A DNA stretch of 64,000 nucleotides from an uncultured Verrucomicrobiae bacterium (GTDB taxonomy: Bacteria; Verrucomicrobiota; Verrucomicrobiia; Chthoniobacterales; UBA10450): contig CAVYXA010000003.1 in the NCBI GenBank assembly GCA_963772365.1, forward strand, positions 128,001 through 192,000. The letters run 5' to 3'. The translations under genes and the position numbers were made by a program. Shown here piece after piece: positions 7,983 through 19,209 of the stretch; positions within the stretch are counted from its first letter, which is position 1, and every line of letters starts with the position of its first letter. The notes below the pieces were generated by a model. That model searched no databases, was not told where the DNA came from, and saw nothing but the letters and a program-made list of their open reading frames with translations.

Positions 7983-10500
7983 TCGGATTGACATGCATCG
8001 CGCGGCGTGCGGGCAGAAAACAAGCCAAAAGAGCGGCGGCGCCGAGTAGTATGGTTGAGGTGATTAACGCGAATGGATCGCTCGGGCTGACGCCATACAG
8101 AATTTGCGAGAGAACACGTCCTGCAGCCAACGAGAAAACGAGCCCGACCGCCACAGCAAGGGCCGTTTGCATTGCTCCCTGTCGCATGATTAGAGCAAAA
8201 ACGTCTTTGCGGTGGGCTCCCAAGGCCATCCGAATTCCGATTTCGCGGGTTCGGCAGGCCACGGCATAAGCTTTGATTCCATAAACACCAACCACGGCAA
8301 GCAGCAATGCGATGCAGCCGAATGCGCCAAACAAAGTGGCGCCGAGTTTAACAATCCAAAGGCCGACACTTTGCTGTAGCAGATCGACGAATGGTGCGAT
8401 CCCCAGGACCGGAAGATCGGGATCAATTCCGCGCAGCGTCGAGCGCATTGTTGGAGTCATTCCTAAAACACTTTGTCGATCCTGCCGGTTGAAGCGCACG
8501 TGAAGGAAGACGTTGCCGGTATAGCCTTGCGCGAATGGCACAAAAACTCGCGCCAGAGGAGTGTCGTTCTGGACATCGTGTCGATGGGTTCCGACAATGC
8601 CGACGATCTCGAGGTCGTTTGGGGAACGGTCTTTAGGCGGAATGGTGTAACGGATGTGCTGGCCGAGCGCGTCCTCGTTTGGAAATAGTTTTCGGGCCAG
8701 TTCTTCATCGATGATGGCAATGCGTCTGCCGTCTCGATTTTCGCATTCGTCCTGTCTGAAATCGCGACCTCGCAGGATCTTTACGCCGATGGCACTAAAA
8801 TACCCGGGCGTGGTCGCGGTGTAGAGCGTACTTACGCCCGGGTCGGGTGCTTTTGGATCGGTGGAAAGCGTTTGGCGACTCGACATGACACGGCGTGTAT
8901 TGGTGAAATTCCCGTAAGGCAACATTGTGCCAACTCCGACTGCAGTGACGCCCGGCAATTTTTTGACGCGCTCTTCGATATCGAAAATCATACGGCGCGC
9001 GTCTGCCGGAGTTTTTTTCACGAGCGAAAAGTCCATTTCTGTCACCAGGTCGCCGGCGGCGACGAAACCGGGATTTAGCCGGGCAGCCTTGAGCGCACCG
9101 CGAAAGAACAGACCTGCAGCGAAAAGCAACATGAGCGAGAGCGCGATTTGCACCATCACCGAGATGTGACGCGGTGCGAAGAATTTGCTGAACCGGCCGA
9201 TGCGCGCCGGTTCGCCGACCTGTTGTTTGAGATCGTTAACGAGATCTGCCTTGGTTGCCTTGAGCGCCGGGCCCAGACTGAACAGCAACGTTGCCAGCAG
9301 GCAGAACAGAAACGTCACGGCAAGCACCTTCGCGTCCGGGGTAAGATCGACGACGAAGGAAAAATTCACGTTACTCAGTAGCGAAGCGAGCGAATGCAAC
9401 AGCAAGTTGGTGCACCATACGCTGAAAATAAGCCCAACCACCCCGCCGCACACCGCCAAGAAAAAGCCTTCCACCAGCAATTGACGAACGATCCGCCCGC
9501 GCGATGCACCGAGAGCCAACCGCACAGCGATTTCCTTCGCGCGCGCCGTTCCGCGCGCAAGCATCATATTCGCGAGATTCAAGCATGCGATTAATAACAC
9601 TGCGCCGGCCATTGCCATCAGCAGAGTCCCGATCAAAGTCACCGGTCCGTCATCCTGCGGCGAGGTGCTCAGGCTGAACCGCGATGGTTTTTGGACTTGC
9701 ACTTCACGCTGGAACTCGGCGTCCGTCTGCATGGCATTGAAACGTCGCGAGATTACCGATAGGCGGGATTTGGCCGACTCGAGGCTGAGGCCGGAGCGCA
9801 GCCGGCCAACGAGGTTGAAGCAATAGTTTTTCGGATTGTTGAGGTCATGCATTGTTTCCGAGTCGCCAAAGGCCGAGCCGAGCTGCGCACGCATGCCGAG
9901 CGGCACCCAGATGTCCGGCGCAATCAACGCGCTCGCGCCGCTAAATCCTTCCGGCGAGATCCCGATCACAGTGTAGGGCTGACCATTAATCTGCAATGTG
10001 CTGCCGACGAAATCGGCGCGGCTGCCCTGACGTTTCCAAAAACCGTAGCTTGTAACCACCACTGCAATGTTCGCATTCGGCTTACATTCCTCGGCGTTGT
10101 AGAACCTCCCGCGAAAGGGTCGCACTCCCATCAATGTGAAATAGTTTTCGGAAGTTAGAAACGCGAAGCTCCGCCGCATCTCGTGCTCGCGCCCAATGCC
10201 CGCAACTGCGAATTCGAGGGCGGCCATATCGGCAAAAACGTCGCGACCACTTTGACGCAGGTCGCGAAATTCATTGTAGGAGAACTGGCGGTAATCGTGG
10301 TTCGCATTTTGGCGGCAATTGAAAACGTTCACGACCTCCTCAGGTCGTACTGGCACAATTGGCCGCAGGACCGCGCCGTTGATCAGCGCAAAGATTGCCG
10401 AGTTAACTCCGATCGCCAATGCCAGCGTCAATACCGCAACGGCCGTGAAACCGGGCGTTTTCAACAGCTGCCGGAGCGCAAACTTGAAATCCTGAATCAT
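7960..10500 (-). CDS. duplicated MacB/FtsX-type ABC permease (ADOP-like)
   Basis: MIQDFKFALRQLLKTPGFTAVAVLTLALAIG, LLIACLNLANMMLAR..RAKEIAVRLALGASR, RTREIGIRMALGA, P..ALR.E terminus; no adjacent ATPase. Confidence 0.9.
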   Translation of the reverse strand: MIQDFKFALRQLLKTPGFTAVAVLTLALAIGVNSAIFALINGAVLRPIVPVRPEEVVNVFNCRQNANHDYRQFSYNEFRDLRQSGRDVFADMAALEFAVAGIGREHEMRRSFAFLTSENYFTLMGVRPFRGRFYNAEECKPNANIAVVVTSYGFWKRQGSRADFVGSTLQINGQPYTVIGISPEGFSGASALIAPDIWVPLGMRAQLGSAFGDSETMHDLNNPKNYCFNLVGRLRSGLSLESAKSRLSVISRRFNAMQTDAEFQREVQVQKPSRFSLSTSPQDDGPVTLIGTLLMAMAGAVLLIACLNLANMMLARGTARAKEIAVRLALGASRGRIVRQLLVEGFFLAVCGGVVGLIFSVWCTNLLLHSLASLLSNVNFSFVVDLTPDAKVLAVTFLFCLLATLLFSLGPALKATKADLVNDLKQQVGEPARIGRFSKFFAPRHISVMVQIALSLMLLFAAGLFFRGALKAARLNPGFVAAGDLVTEMDFSLVKKTPADARRMIFDIEERVKKLPGVTAVGVGTMLPYGNFTNTRRVMSSRQTLSTDPKAPDPGVSTLYTATTPGYFSAIGVKILRGRDFRQDECENRDGRRIAIIDEELARKLFPNEDALGQHIRYTIPPKDRSPNDLEIVGIVGTHRHDVQNDTPLARVFVPFAQGYTGNVFLHVRFNRQDRQSVLGMTPTMRSTLRGIDPDLPVLGIAPFVDLLQQSVGLWIVKLGATLFGAFGCIALLLAVVGVYGIKAYAVACRTREIGIRMALGAHRKDVFALIMRQGAMQTALAVAVGLVFSLAAGRVLSQILYGVSPSDPFALITSTILLGAAALLACFLPARRAMHVNPITALRTE

Positions 10501-10586
10501 AAAAACCTCGCGTTGCTTTCGGGTGAGATGCAGAGAGTGCGAGGTTTGGATTCAAATCTCTTTTTCAAGCTGCATTTGAGCCAGTT

Positions 10587-11423
10587 CTACTCTGTGTCCA
10601 GGAATGGATGTTCGAAGGATAAATAGAAAAACAAGCCCCAATCCGGTGAATCGGCAGTCACGCCGACTGGAACGGCAGCACCCACCACGATTTGCAGGTT
10701 TCCCGGCCGATTGATCGCGTATCGAGCGCCGGGGGAGATAAGGGCCGAAGTAATCCGTGAGACACGTCGGCTAGCATCGACATCCTGGTCCCAACCAGCC
10801 ACCGTTTCGAGCATAAGATTGAACTCCCGGTTCACCGCATAAATCGCGCTGGCGCCGAGATTGTAGTTGATCAGATCGCGTCCGTGGACATCCGGGAAGA
10901 TTGACAATCCGGCATTGAAATGAACGGTCCAACGGCCACTAACAATTTTACTGAACGGCAGGTTGAATTCGTAACCGACACTGCCTGCTCCCAAATCACT
11001 ATCGGAGTTGCCGCTAGGAAGGCTGAGTGAAAAGCTCGGCGCGAAGGCCGGTGTGCGGTCGCCTTCCATTAATGCCTGGTAGCGATAATGAAGCGCGACA
11101 TCGCCAAATCCATTTTCATTTTCGAGGAAAAGATAGGGAACGGTATAGGAAAGCTGATGGGTTTGACCAAACAACGGCCACTCCTGAGTGAAATTCGGCT
11201 CCACTTCATGGTGTCCGCGCCTGAAGAATACCGGCACATTGATGATGTGTTGCACGACGCCGGCTTCCTGATTGTAAGCTTCCTCCACGAAAAACGAGTT
11301 GTCCTGGATTCCCCGGGCGGTGGGTTCGGCAGCGAAGCAAACTTTGCTGAGGAAAAAGATCAGCAGGAACCGGATCAGGTGGAACTGAGAAACGTCGAGG
11401 AAATCTTGCATGGCAGACCTCAA
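10587..11423 (-). CDS. putative outer-membrane beta-barrel transporter
   Basis: Signal peptide, IQDNSFFVEEAYNQE, alternating beta strands, C-terminal FYLSFEHPF. Confidence 0.6.
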   Translation of the reverse strand: MRSAMQDFLDVSQFHLIRFLLIFFLSKVCFAAEPTARGIQDNSFFVEEAYNQEAGVVQHIINVPVFFRRGHHEVEPNFTQEWPLFGQTHQLSYTVPYLFLENENGFGDVALHYRYQALMEGDRTPAFAPSFSLSLPSGNSDSDLGAGSVGYEFNLPFSKIVSGRWTVHFNAGLSIFPDVHGRDLINYNLGASAIYAVNREFNLMLETVAGWDQDVDASRRVSRITSALISPGARYAINRPGNLQIVVGAAVPVGVTADSPDWGLFFYLSFEHPFLDTE

Positions 11424-11464
11424 TTGAATGTCCCGCAGAACGGCCAGGCAAGAACAAGCCGATG

Positions 11465-12718
11465 CTAGTATTTTAGGGTGAACTGGATGGCGACGAGGTT
11501 ATTGCCATCGTGAAAATCAGCTTTGGTGTAGCTGTATTGCACTTTCGCCTGCAAATAATTGGTAAAACGATAACCAGCCGCGGCGTCAACACGCCAGGTA
11601 TCCGTGCCCCATTGCACCCGTTCGTCTTCATCGGGGACAGTACCGTAGAGCTGCTGATTCCAGCGGGCAGCTGCGAACAGTTGCGGGGCGATTTTGTATT
11701 TCGCTTCGAGGTAATAAGCGAACACATCCGCGTTTCCAATCTGGGGGACTTCGAACCGGGTTTCGAAAAATTCCGCCCACACTTCCAGATGATGCCAGGC
11801 GAATGATGCATCCTGGCCGAGCACAAGTTCGCGATAATCATCGATGCTTCGCCCGGGCGGCAACGACCATTCGGCCTGCGGCAGGAGATACGGCCCGCTA
11901 CTGGCCGAGATTCCGAAGTTCCACATCTCGTTTGGCTGAACGCCGGCGCGACCGCTAAAGGTAGGATGATCCAGTCCGGCTTCGGTGAGATCCCATTTGT
12001 TTGGGCGAGATGAGAGGGCACCGTTCTTGATCTCGAATGCGAAATCGAATTTGTCGATCATGCCTGAAACGGCAGCGCCGGAAGTATAATTCGGGCCCCA
12101 GATGATAGGCAGGCGATAATATTTGTCCCAGTAAACGTTGCCGAAGTTTTTGCCATATTCTTCCGTTGGGATCTGGCCCCAATAAAGCAGGTCATCGACA
12201 TCATCGGGCGCTGCGAAATCCCACATGCCGGTAAGATTTTCGTAAGGCAACGGCGCGTTGATCAATGGATTGTCCCAAGAAAAATGCCGCGGGACCCAAT
12301 TCCCGATGACGGTAGCGAATTTTCCGACCTGAATCTCAATGCGCGAATCATCGAACGGCTTGTAGCGGAGCAAGTATTCATCGAGGCGCGCGTGCGCTCC
12401 TTTATCGGAAGGATCGAACCCACGATCGAAGCGAGCCTGACCGAAGAAATAGAAATGTTTCGTCCATTGAGCATCGACAAAAATCGAAAATCGCGGGTTA
12501 AAAAGAACCCTGTCGTCGGTATAAAGCAGGGCTGGAGCGCTGTCGTCGATGAAGTAAGTCTCAAGGTCGAAGAGCCCGCTGATTTGAAGATCGAAATCAT
12601 TCTTAGGCGAGCGAATCGACAATGCTTCGTTGACTCGATCGAGCAAATCCTCCGCGCTTGCGGAAAGGGCAAGACTCAGCGCGATTGCGACCGCGGGAAT
12701 GGAGCAGCTAAGCCGCAT
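11465..12718 (-). CDS. putative outer-membrane porin-like beta-barrel
   Basis: Signal peptide, aromatic-rich alternating strands, terminal IQFTLKY beta-signal. Confidence 0.65.
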   Translation of the reverse strand: MRLSCSIPAVAIALSLALSASAEDLLDRVNEALSIRSPKNDFDLQISGLFDLETYFIDDSAPALLYTDDRVLFNPRFSIFVDAQWTKHFYFFGQARFDRGFDPSDKGAHARLDEYLLRYKPFDDSRIEIQVGKFATVIGNWVPRHFSWDNPLINAPLPYENLTGMWDFAAPDDVDDLLYWGQIPTEEYGKNFGNVYWDKYYRLPIIWGPNYTSGAAVSGMIDKFDFAFEIKNGALSSRPNKWDLTEAGLDHPTFSGRAGVQPNEMWNFGISASSGPYLLPQAEWSLPPGRSIDDYRELVLGQDASFAWHHLEVWAEFFETRFEVPQIGNADVFAYYLEAKYKIAPQLFAAARWNQQLYGTVPDEDERVQWGTDTWRVDAAAGYRFTNYLQAKVQYSYTKADFHDGNNLVAIQFTLKY

Positions 12719-14921
12719 GGAGAACCCTGTCGATCGTTCGACGCAGAGCGTCGAGCGTGATCGGTTTGTTCAGTACCACATCGACTGCTTGCGGCTGGCC
12801 AACAATGGTTTCGAGTGCTCCGCCGAACCCGGTAAGCAGAATCACCGGCACGTTTTGATTAACCTGCTTCATGAATCGCGCAGTTTGATCGCCCGTCATT
12901 TCCGGCATCACGCGGTCCATCACCACGAGATCAAATTGGCTTCGTCGAAATTTCTCCAGAGCTTCACGGCCACTCGAAGCAATCGCGACGGAGTGGTGAT
13001 CGGAACGCAAATAAGTAGAAAGAACTTCGCGACTCCGCGCTTCGTCATCGACGATGAGGACGTTGAGCCGAGAATTCGGTTTTTCGGCAGCGACTTTCGC
13101 CGTGTCATGAATCGGGGCCTCCTGGGCCAAGGGCAGGCGGATTATGAAAGTGGTTCCTTGGCCCAGCGCAGATTGGATGTCCACCTGGCCGCGATGGCGT
13201 TCGACGATGCCGTAAACCATCGATAGCCCAAGCCCGGTTCCATGTTCTCCTTTGGTGGAGAAGAATGGTTCCAGACAACGTTGACGCACTGTTTCGGTCA
13301 TGCCGGTGCCGGTATCGGCGACGCGCATGACAGCGTGTTCGTTCTCAATCGAAGTCTCGATGGAAATGTGGCCGCCTTCGGGCATCGCATCTACTGCATT
13401 AAAGAGAAGGTTGGTGAGCACTTCGCGGAGCGCGGATTCGTCGCCCGCCACAATCGGGAAGGCCCTGATCTCTGTGTTCACAGCGACGCTGATCCCGCGA
13501 GCCTGCGTCAATCCTCGCCACTTCGGCTCGGTCAGCTTGACCGCCTGCTGTACGATCTTGGCCAGATCGACAATCGGAAAGGCCTCATCGGTTTCGGCCG
13601 GGCGATAAAATTCGCGAAGGCGGCTAACGACACTGGCCGCATCCTTGGCGGAAGTACGCAACATTTCCAGGCATCGCCGGGCCTCGGCTTTGTCCTCCAG
13701 GAGAGCGTCATTTTGCAGAAGGACATCGGCAAAACCCAGAATTGGCATGAGTGTGTTGTTGAAATCGTGCGCGATGCCCGCGGCCATTTGACCGAGTGCG
13801 CTGAGACGTTCTTGCTGAATGACCTGCTGTTGCGTCGCGCGCAGTTCGGCCAGCGTTTTTTCCAGTTCGCGATTTGCATGAACCAAGTCTTTCTCGGCCC
13901 GTCTGCGCAGCGTCACATTCTCCGCCGACTTGGCTACGATTCGATCAACCGGCTTGGAGAGATGCCTGGCCAGGAATGAACTCGCGGCAAACCCACAAGC
14001 GAGAACGAGCAAGCCGAACCCAAGAATCTTCCACCGAAGAATCCGGGCTTCGCGAAACGAAGCTACCAGAGGATAAAGACAGACGTCGTACGCTGGCGCA
14101 AATTGCGAATCGGGATCGAGGGCCTTGTAGAAAACAAGGTGGGGACCCGTGGCCAAATTGACCGGAAGGTTGCCGGCCGGTTTCTGTTTGATCGCTGCAG
14201 CGACGCGTTGCTCAAGAAGATGTCGATCGGGCGTGCTCAGCCGGTCGATGAACAATTTGTTGTTCAACCAGATGCCGCTCTTAATTTGGTTCTCGTTAGT
14301 GGGCTCCGGAGCGCGGATTTCGCTAATGGGAAAACCAAGAACCAGCGCGCCGAGGTCTCCTCCCACCCAGTCGCGGATTTTGGTTAGAACAATTTCGCGC
14401 AAAACCCCCGGATTACTGCCACGGGCGATAGCAATGAAACCGACGCTTTGATCTTCGACGTCGCGCAGAGAATGGCTCGCCGTCGCCAGACTCTCTTCAA
14501 GGATGGCCTGATTAATAGATCCAGCACGATGTTCACCGGGCGGCAAGACCGCTCCATTTTGATCGACGAAACGAAAGAAGGAGGCGCGAACCGATTGTGG
14601 ATCAAGCGACCTGCCTGGCTCGGTTCCATCGAAGACTGCCTGCAATTCCGTCAAGGCATTCCGGTACAAATCGTCCACATCACTTTCCTCCAAAGCGGCC
14701 CGAAGCCGGACAGAATAAGAAGCTACCCGGCATCGCTCGGTAATGGCGCGTGATTGCGTTTCCTGTGCCCGAACAAGCGAGCGCACCTGGTTTTGGAATT
14801 GGATGTCGAAAACTTTTTCCTGATTTGCGCGCAGATTGTTCTCGGCCAGGTAGAGCGTGGCGATTGTGACGGCAAGAACGACAACCATCATCGCCACGAG
14901 CACCCTGACTCGAAAGCTCAT
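12708..14921 (-). CDS. membrane hybrid sensor histidine kinase/response regulator
   Basis: Two TM helices, H-box AHDFNN, N-box NLLFNAVDAM, DTGTG, GTGLGL, C-terminal receiver (IVDD, VMDRVMP, KP); likely start ATG 14921. Confidence 0.9.
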   Translation of the reverse strand: MSFRVRVLVAMMVVVLAVTIATLYLAENNLRANQEKVFDIQFQNQVRSLVRAQETQSRAITERCRVASYSVRLRAALEESDVDDLYRNALTELQAVFDGTEPGRSLDPQSVRASFFRFVDQNGAVLPPGEHRAGSINQAILEESLATASHSLRDVEDQSVGFIAIARGSNPGVLREIVLTKIRDWVGGDLGALVLGFPISEIRAPEPTNENQIKSGIWLNNKLFIDRLSTPDRHLLEQRVAAAIKQKPAGNLPVNLATGPHLVFYKALDPDSQFAPAYDVCLYPLVASFREARILRWKILGFGLLVLACGFAASSFLARHLSKPVDRIVAKSAENVTLRRRAEKDLVHANRELEKTLAELRATQQQVIQQERLSALGQMAAGIAHDFNNTLMPILGFADVLLQNDALLEDKAEARRCLEMLRTSAKDAASVVSRLREFYRPAETDEAFPIVDLAKIVQQAVKLTEPKWRGLTQARGISVAVNTEIRAFPIVAGDESALREVLTNLLFNAVDAMPEGGHISIETSIENEHAVMRVADTGTGMTETVRQRCLEPFFSTKGEHGTGLGLSMVYGIVERHRGQVDIQSALGQGTTFIIRLPLAQEAPIHDTAKVAAEKPNSRLNVLIVDDEARSREVLSTYLRSDHHSVAIASSGREALEKFRRSQFDLVVMDRVMPEMTGDQTARFMKQVNQNVPVILLTGFGGALETIVGQPQAVDVVLNKPITLDALRRTIDRVLHAA

Positions 14922-14955
14922 TGTCTCGGCAAATTTGCGAAACAAATCGCGCCGT

Positions 14956-15612
14956 TTATTTGGCGGGAAAATCGACATGAAGTGTCGCGCCGTCTTTTAA
15001 GTCCACGACGTGCTCACGGACGTCGTTTTGTGTGACCCAGGTTTTAAGAACGAAGTGCCCAGCCGGCAAATGTTCCAAACGGTAATGACCGGACGTATCG
15101 GTCTTCGTAAAGAATGGGGTTTCCAGAACGAGCACAGTGCCGTGCATGCGATCGTGAATCTCGCAATGCACTGTGATCACGCCGGGTTTATCAAAGAGGA
15201 CAGTGCCCGGTTTTTCATTTTTCCGATAGCGCCCAAGGTCGAACCGTTTCGCTTTGGAATAGGAAAAAACGTTATGATAGGTATCGTCGAGGTTCGGGAA
15301 TTCGACGGCGGTGCCCACCCGAACTGCGATGAGGTCGGGAGCGAACAGAATGTTTTTCTGCGCCATTTCGGATGCATGCTTCGAGCCCGGCTTCGCGCTT
15401 GCTGCAAAATCGCCCTCGAGGTAAACGATCGCGGCTGGAGGATTGCTCGGTGTTATTGCGGCGTCGGTGTTCGTTCTGTAACGCTGGCTGAGGGGTCGCT
15501 CGGCGACTGGAGGCGGCAACTGCACCACTCCTTCGACGACCGAATCGTCACGGGCGATGGTGGTCGTCGCAAGGACAGCTAAAAGGAACAGGGTGACAGT
15601 TGTGGAGTTCAC
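14956..15612 (-). CDS. secreted cupredoxin-like protein with carboxypeptidase-regulatory-like domain
   Basis: Signal peptide, FPNLDDTYHNVFS, CEIHDRM (putative H/C/H/M ligands), TDTSGHYRLEHLPAGHF. Confidence 0.75.
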   Translation of the reverse strand: MNSTTVTLFLLAVLATTTIARDDSVVEGVVQLPPPVAERPLSQRYRTNTDAAITPSNPPAAIVYLEGDFAASAKPGSKHASEMAQKNILFAPDLIAVRVGTAVEFPNLDDTYHNVFSYSKAKRFDLGRYRKNEKPGTVLFDKPGVITVHCEIHDRMHGTVLVLETPFFTKTDTSGHYRLEHLPAGHFVLKTWVTQNDVREHVVDLKDGATLHVDFPAK

Positions 15613-15627
15613 GCCGACACCCCTAGA

Positions 15628-15644
15628 AGCCAGAAAAATGCCAG
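15628..15644 (-). promoter_or_regulatory. sigma-54 -24/-12 promoter
   Basis: Minus strand CTGGCATTTTTCTGGCT (GG-N10-GC), about 15 nt upstream of the cupredoxin start. Confidence 0.5.
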
Positions 15645-15720
15645 AGCCGGTACCGGAGTGCGTTTGTCCCGCGGCTATTCGGAAAGGACCAGGTCGGCGA
15701 CATCGGCCGCCGGGTGATTC

Positions 15721-16244
15721 CTATGCCGCAACTAAGCGCGCGAGCTCGGTGGATTGCGAAACACCGCCAAACTTGGGGTAGAGAAATCGCGCCACAGGGG
15801 CATTTTCGCGCGCGATTGCGCTGGCGCGGGCCAGACCGGCTTCACGCAGCGATTTTAGGGAATGCTCGAAAAGAAGCGTCCCGAATCCCGCGATTCCGGT
15901 ATTCCATCAAGATCGATGGGCCGGGCGCGAGATGACTATCAGCCTCCGGATCGAACGAAAGAACAGATGCGCCGATGATTCGTTGGCCGTGACGCAGCAC
16001 CAGACAGGCACTAAGGTCGCAGGCAAGAGCGCGGTCGACCCAACTGCTCACCATTCGCATAATCTCGCGCACCGACAGGATTCCAAACCGGATCGAGCAT
16101 GAACGAACTGGAGAAAACTTTGCGCAAGCCGATTTCGTCTTCGCTCGTTGCATACGCGATTTGATAGTGCTGTGGCAGTTGCGAAAGAGGCGGCGGTAGA
16201 TTCGACAAGTCCCACCAGAATCGGACCCAGCCCAGCAGCTTCAT
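15721..16244 (-). CDS. GNAT-like protein (frameshifted, probably sequencing indels)
   Basis: Joined frames give MKLLGWVRF...ILMEYRNRG(I)GTLLFEHSLKSLREAGL..., an acetyl-CoA-binding-like motif. Confidence 0.5.
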
Positions 16245-16446
16245 GGAACGACGGAGCAGCAAGTCCCTCGAGGGCCAACCACGTGATGCTGGCAGCGGAT
16301 CGGCGAAGGCCCGAACAACTTATCGTTTATCATCTTTCGCTCCAGGCTGAATATCGTCGTTGGACGAATTTTTGCGCGCAAAATTGTAGAAAACTTCCAT
16401 GCCTTGAAAAATCAGTGCGACCAAGAAAGGTTCCGTAAAGAGACAG

Positions 16447-16914
16447 CTAAAGCGCTTGAACGCTTTTCAGCATTTCGTCGAAAGCCTGATAAAGCTCTCG
16501 ATGCTGGGCCACTCCGCGCCGAATGACCGGTTTGAAATTCGCCAGATCGGTGATGTTGACGATCTGATCGACGCTCTGGACAAAAGCGCTCATGGCATCA
16601 TTCGTGGCAAATTATGGCTCAGCAGGACAACGAAATGTTCGCGCCGCTGAGCATCGGGTTGCCGGCGGATTTCGCGCAAGATCGGATTGGTTTCTAGCGT
16701 GGAATTTTTGAAGTTCTCGTAAATACAATCACATCATAGCTGTAGCTGTTGAGTTTGAGGACACGTCCTCCTCAAACAAACCCAGGTGCACTTTGTAGGT
16801 GAGATCGATCAGCTGGGGAACGACGATTTTTTGATATTGCTGATGATCGACGCAAACCAGAGCAGTGTTATCGCCCAGATCGTGAAACGCTCTTGCTTCG
16901 GTTTGTTGGTCCAT
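16447..16914 (-). CDS. hypothetical, degenerate receiver-like protein following pilT/pilU (frameshifted)
   Basis: Joined frames: MDQQTEARAFHDLGDNTALVCVD...YDVIV.YENF...RREHFVVLLSH.FATNDAMSAFVQSVDQIVN...; stop at 16447. Confidence 0.55.
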
Positions 16915-16924
16915 CGTCGAGATT

Positions 16925-18093
16925 TTATTGAAACGCATTTTCCGGCAGATCGAGCCGCAAACCGGAATCGAGATCTACGTCCAGCCACGCGACTTTCTGG
17001 ATCAAATCGATTCCGCGGGCGATGCGGCCTTTGCGAGTGGCGAATAATCTGGCGGTTTCTTCTGAGATGAGATCGCTCTCGTAGGCATTGAGAATTGATT
17101 GATCGAAGGTCATCCAGCCGAACGGTGAGCTCGCCTCGATGATTTCATAGAAGCTGCGATGTTCGCCTTCGCCCAATGCAATGGCCTCTTTCGTGCGCAA
17201 ATTGTGCCCCAGAATTTCGGTAATCAATTGCCGGCCGCCGCCCACTTTCGGCGCAAGTCGCTGGCTGACGATGTAACGCAAACGTATCGGCCAGGCGAAT
17301 CCGCAATTGTTTTTCTTCGCCTACGGAAAACATACCGAGAATTCGGTTAATCGACTGGCCAGCATCGACAGTGTGCAGGGTGCTCAGAACGAGGTGACCG
17401 GTCTCCGCGGCCATGAGTGCGATTTCTACCGTCGCCCGGTCGCGCATTTCGCCTACCAGAATGACCTTCGGTGCCTGACGCAACGCCGCTCGCAAGCCAT
17501 TCGGATAATTATTGAAATCCTGCCCCAACTCGCGCTGGTTAAACGTGGCTTTGCGCTTCGGATGGACAAATTCGATTGGATCTTCCAGCGTGATGATATG
17601 CACGGGCTGGGTCTCATTGATCTCGTTCAACAGTGCCGCCAGCGTGGTGGTCTTACCGCTGCCAGTGGCTCCGGTCACCAGAACCAGCCCTGTCTTCTCC
17701 TTTGCTATTTCGTGAAAAATGGGTGGAAGCCCCAGCCGTCTCAATGCTCGGCACCTCTCCATATAATTTCCGCAGAACGATCGAGAAATGCCCCTGTTGC
17801 CGGAAAATGTTGATGCGGAACCGGGCTTCATCGTTGAGCGAATAACTGCAATCGCAGGAGCCGCCGGTGAGATAATCGTAAATCAAACGGCGATCTCCCC
17901 GCATCAGCGTGAGCGCGATCTGCTCGGTCTGATACGGCGTAAGCGCTTCGATCGGAGGATCGACAAAAACCTGCTTGAGCTCGCCGAAGTCTTCCACCTG
18001 GAGCGGATGGCCGACGGAGAAATTGAGATCGGAGATGCCGTCATAGGTTTTCAGCATCGCCGACAGGATTTTGTCCAGATCAGGAATTCTCAT
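16925..18093 (-). CDS. pilU: PilT/PilU-family type IV pilus ATPase, second paralog (frameshifted)
   Basis: SDLNFSVGHP, GATGSGKTT, TLEDPIE, ALRQAPKVILVGEMRD, ETGHLVLSTLHT across three ORF fragments. Confidence 0.75.
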
Positions 18094-18103
18094 GCGCGTG
18101 GTC

Positions 18104-19187
18104 TTATTCCTCCGAAATATCCAAAGGAGGTTCTTTGAGGAATTGGCGGAACTTTTTCTTGTCGATCGACTTGTCGTAAGCTTCCTCCGGAGAGATCCGC
18201 ATGTTGCGCAGTTGATCCATGATGGCATCGTCGAGCGGTTGGTTGCCTTTCTTTTTGCCCACTTGAATCATGCCCGGGATTTGATGGGTTTTGCCTTCCC
18301 GGATCAGATTGGCAATGGCCATATCGATCACCAGAATTTCCAAGGCAGCGACCCGGCCGGGCTTATCGATGCGCTTGAAGAGGTTTTGCGCGACTACGCC
18401 CTTGAGCGATTCGCCCAGGGTGGTGCGGATCTGGTTTTGCTGATTGGTCGGGAAAACGTCGATGATTCGGTCCACCGCTTTGGCTGCATTCGAAGTATGC
18501 AAAGTGCCAAAGACAAGGTGACCCGTGGCAGCCGCGGTTAGTGCCAGCTCGATCGTTTCCAGATCGCGCATTTCACCCACAAGAATGATGTCAGGATCTT
18601 CGCGCAATGCGCCGCGCAGAGCCGAGGCGAATGAGCGCGTGTGCACGCCGATTTCACGATGTTGCACAAGGCAATTTTGACTGCGATGCACAAATTCGAT
18701 TGGATCTTCAATGGTGATGATATGGTCCTGGCGCTTGAGATTCGCATAATCCACCATCGCTGCCAGCGTTGTCGATTTACCGGAACCAGTCGGTCCGGTT
18801 AGCGAGGACGAGTCCTTTTTTTAGCAGCGGAAATTTCTTCAGGATAGGGGGCAGCCCGAGATCCTCGATGGTCAAGACGTTGGATGGAATCGACCGAAAT
18901 ACCGCAGAGATGCCATATTTTTGCTGGAAAAAATTTGCGCGGTAACGCGCGACGCCGGGGATCTCGTATCCGAAATCGACATCGTTAGATTCTTCAAAGA
19001 TCTTGATCTTCCCTTCCGGTGCGATTTCATAAACCATCGCTTTGAGCTCATCGTTTTTGAGCGCGGGATAATCCACCCGTACCAGCTCACCGTTAATGCG
19101 GAGCATGGGGGGATTATTTGTGGCGAGGTGTAGATCGGAGGCCTTCTGCTCGGCCATTAATTTGAAGAAAGCATCTATGCGCGACAT
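18104..19187 (-). CDS. pilT: type IV pilus retraction ATPase PilT (one frameshift near 18800)
   Basis: ASDLHL, GPTGSGKSTTLAAM, TIEDPIEF, ALREDPDIILVGEMRDLET, IANLIRE (AIRNLIRE-like). Confidence 0.88.
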
Positions 19188-19209
19188 GGGCGTTCGGGTT
19201 CCTGAGAAG

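Noticed and set aside
7140..15700. Integrative island at tRNA-Phe
   Set aside because: No integrase and no duplicated tRNA 3' end were found.
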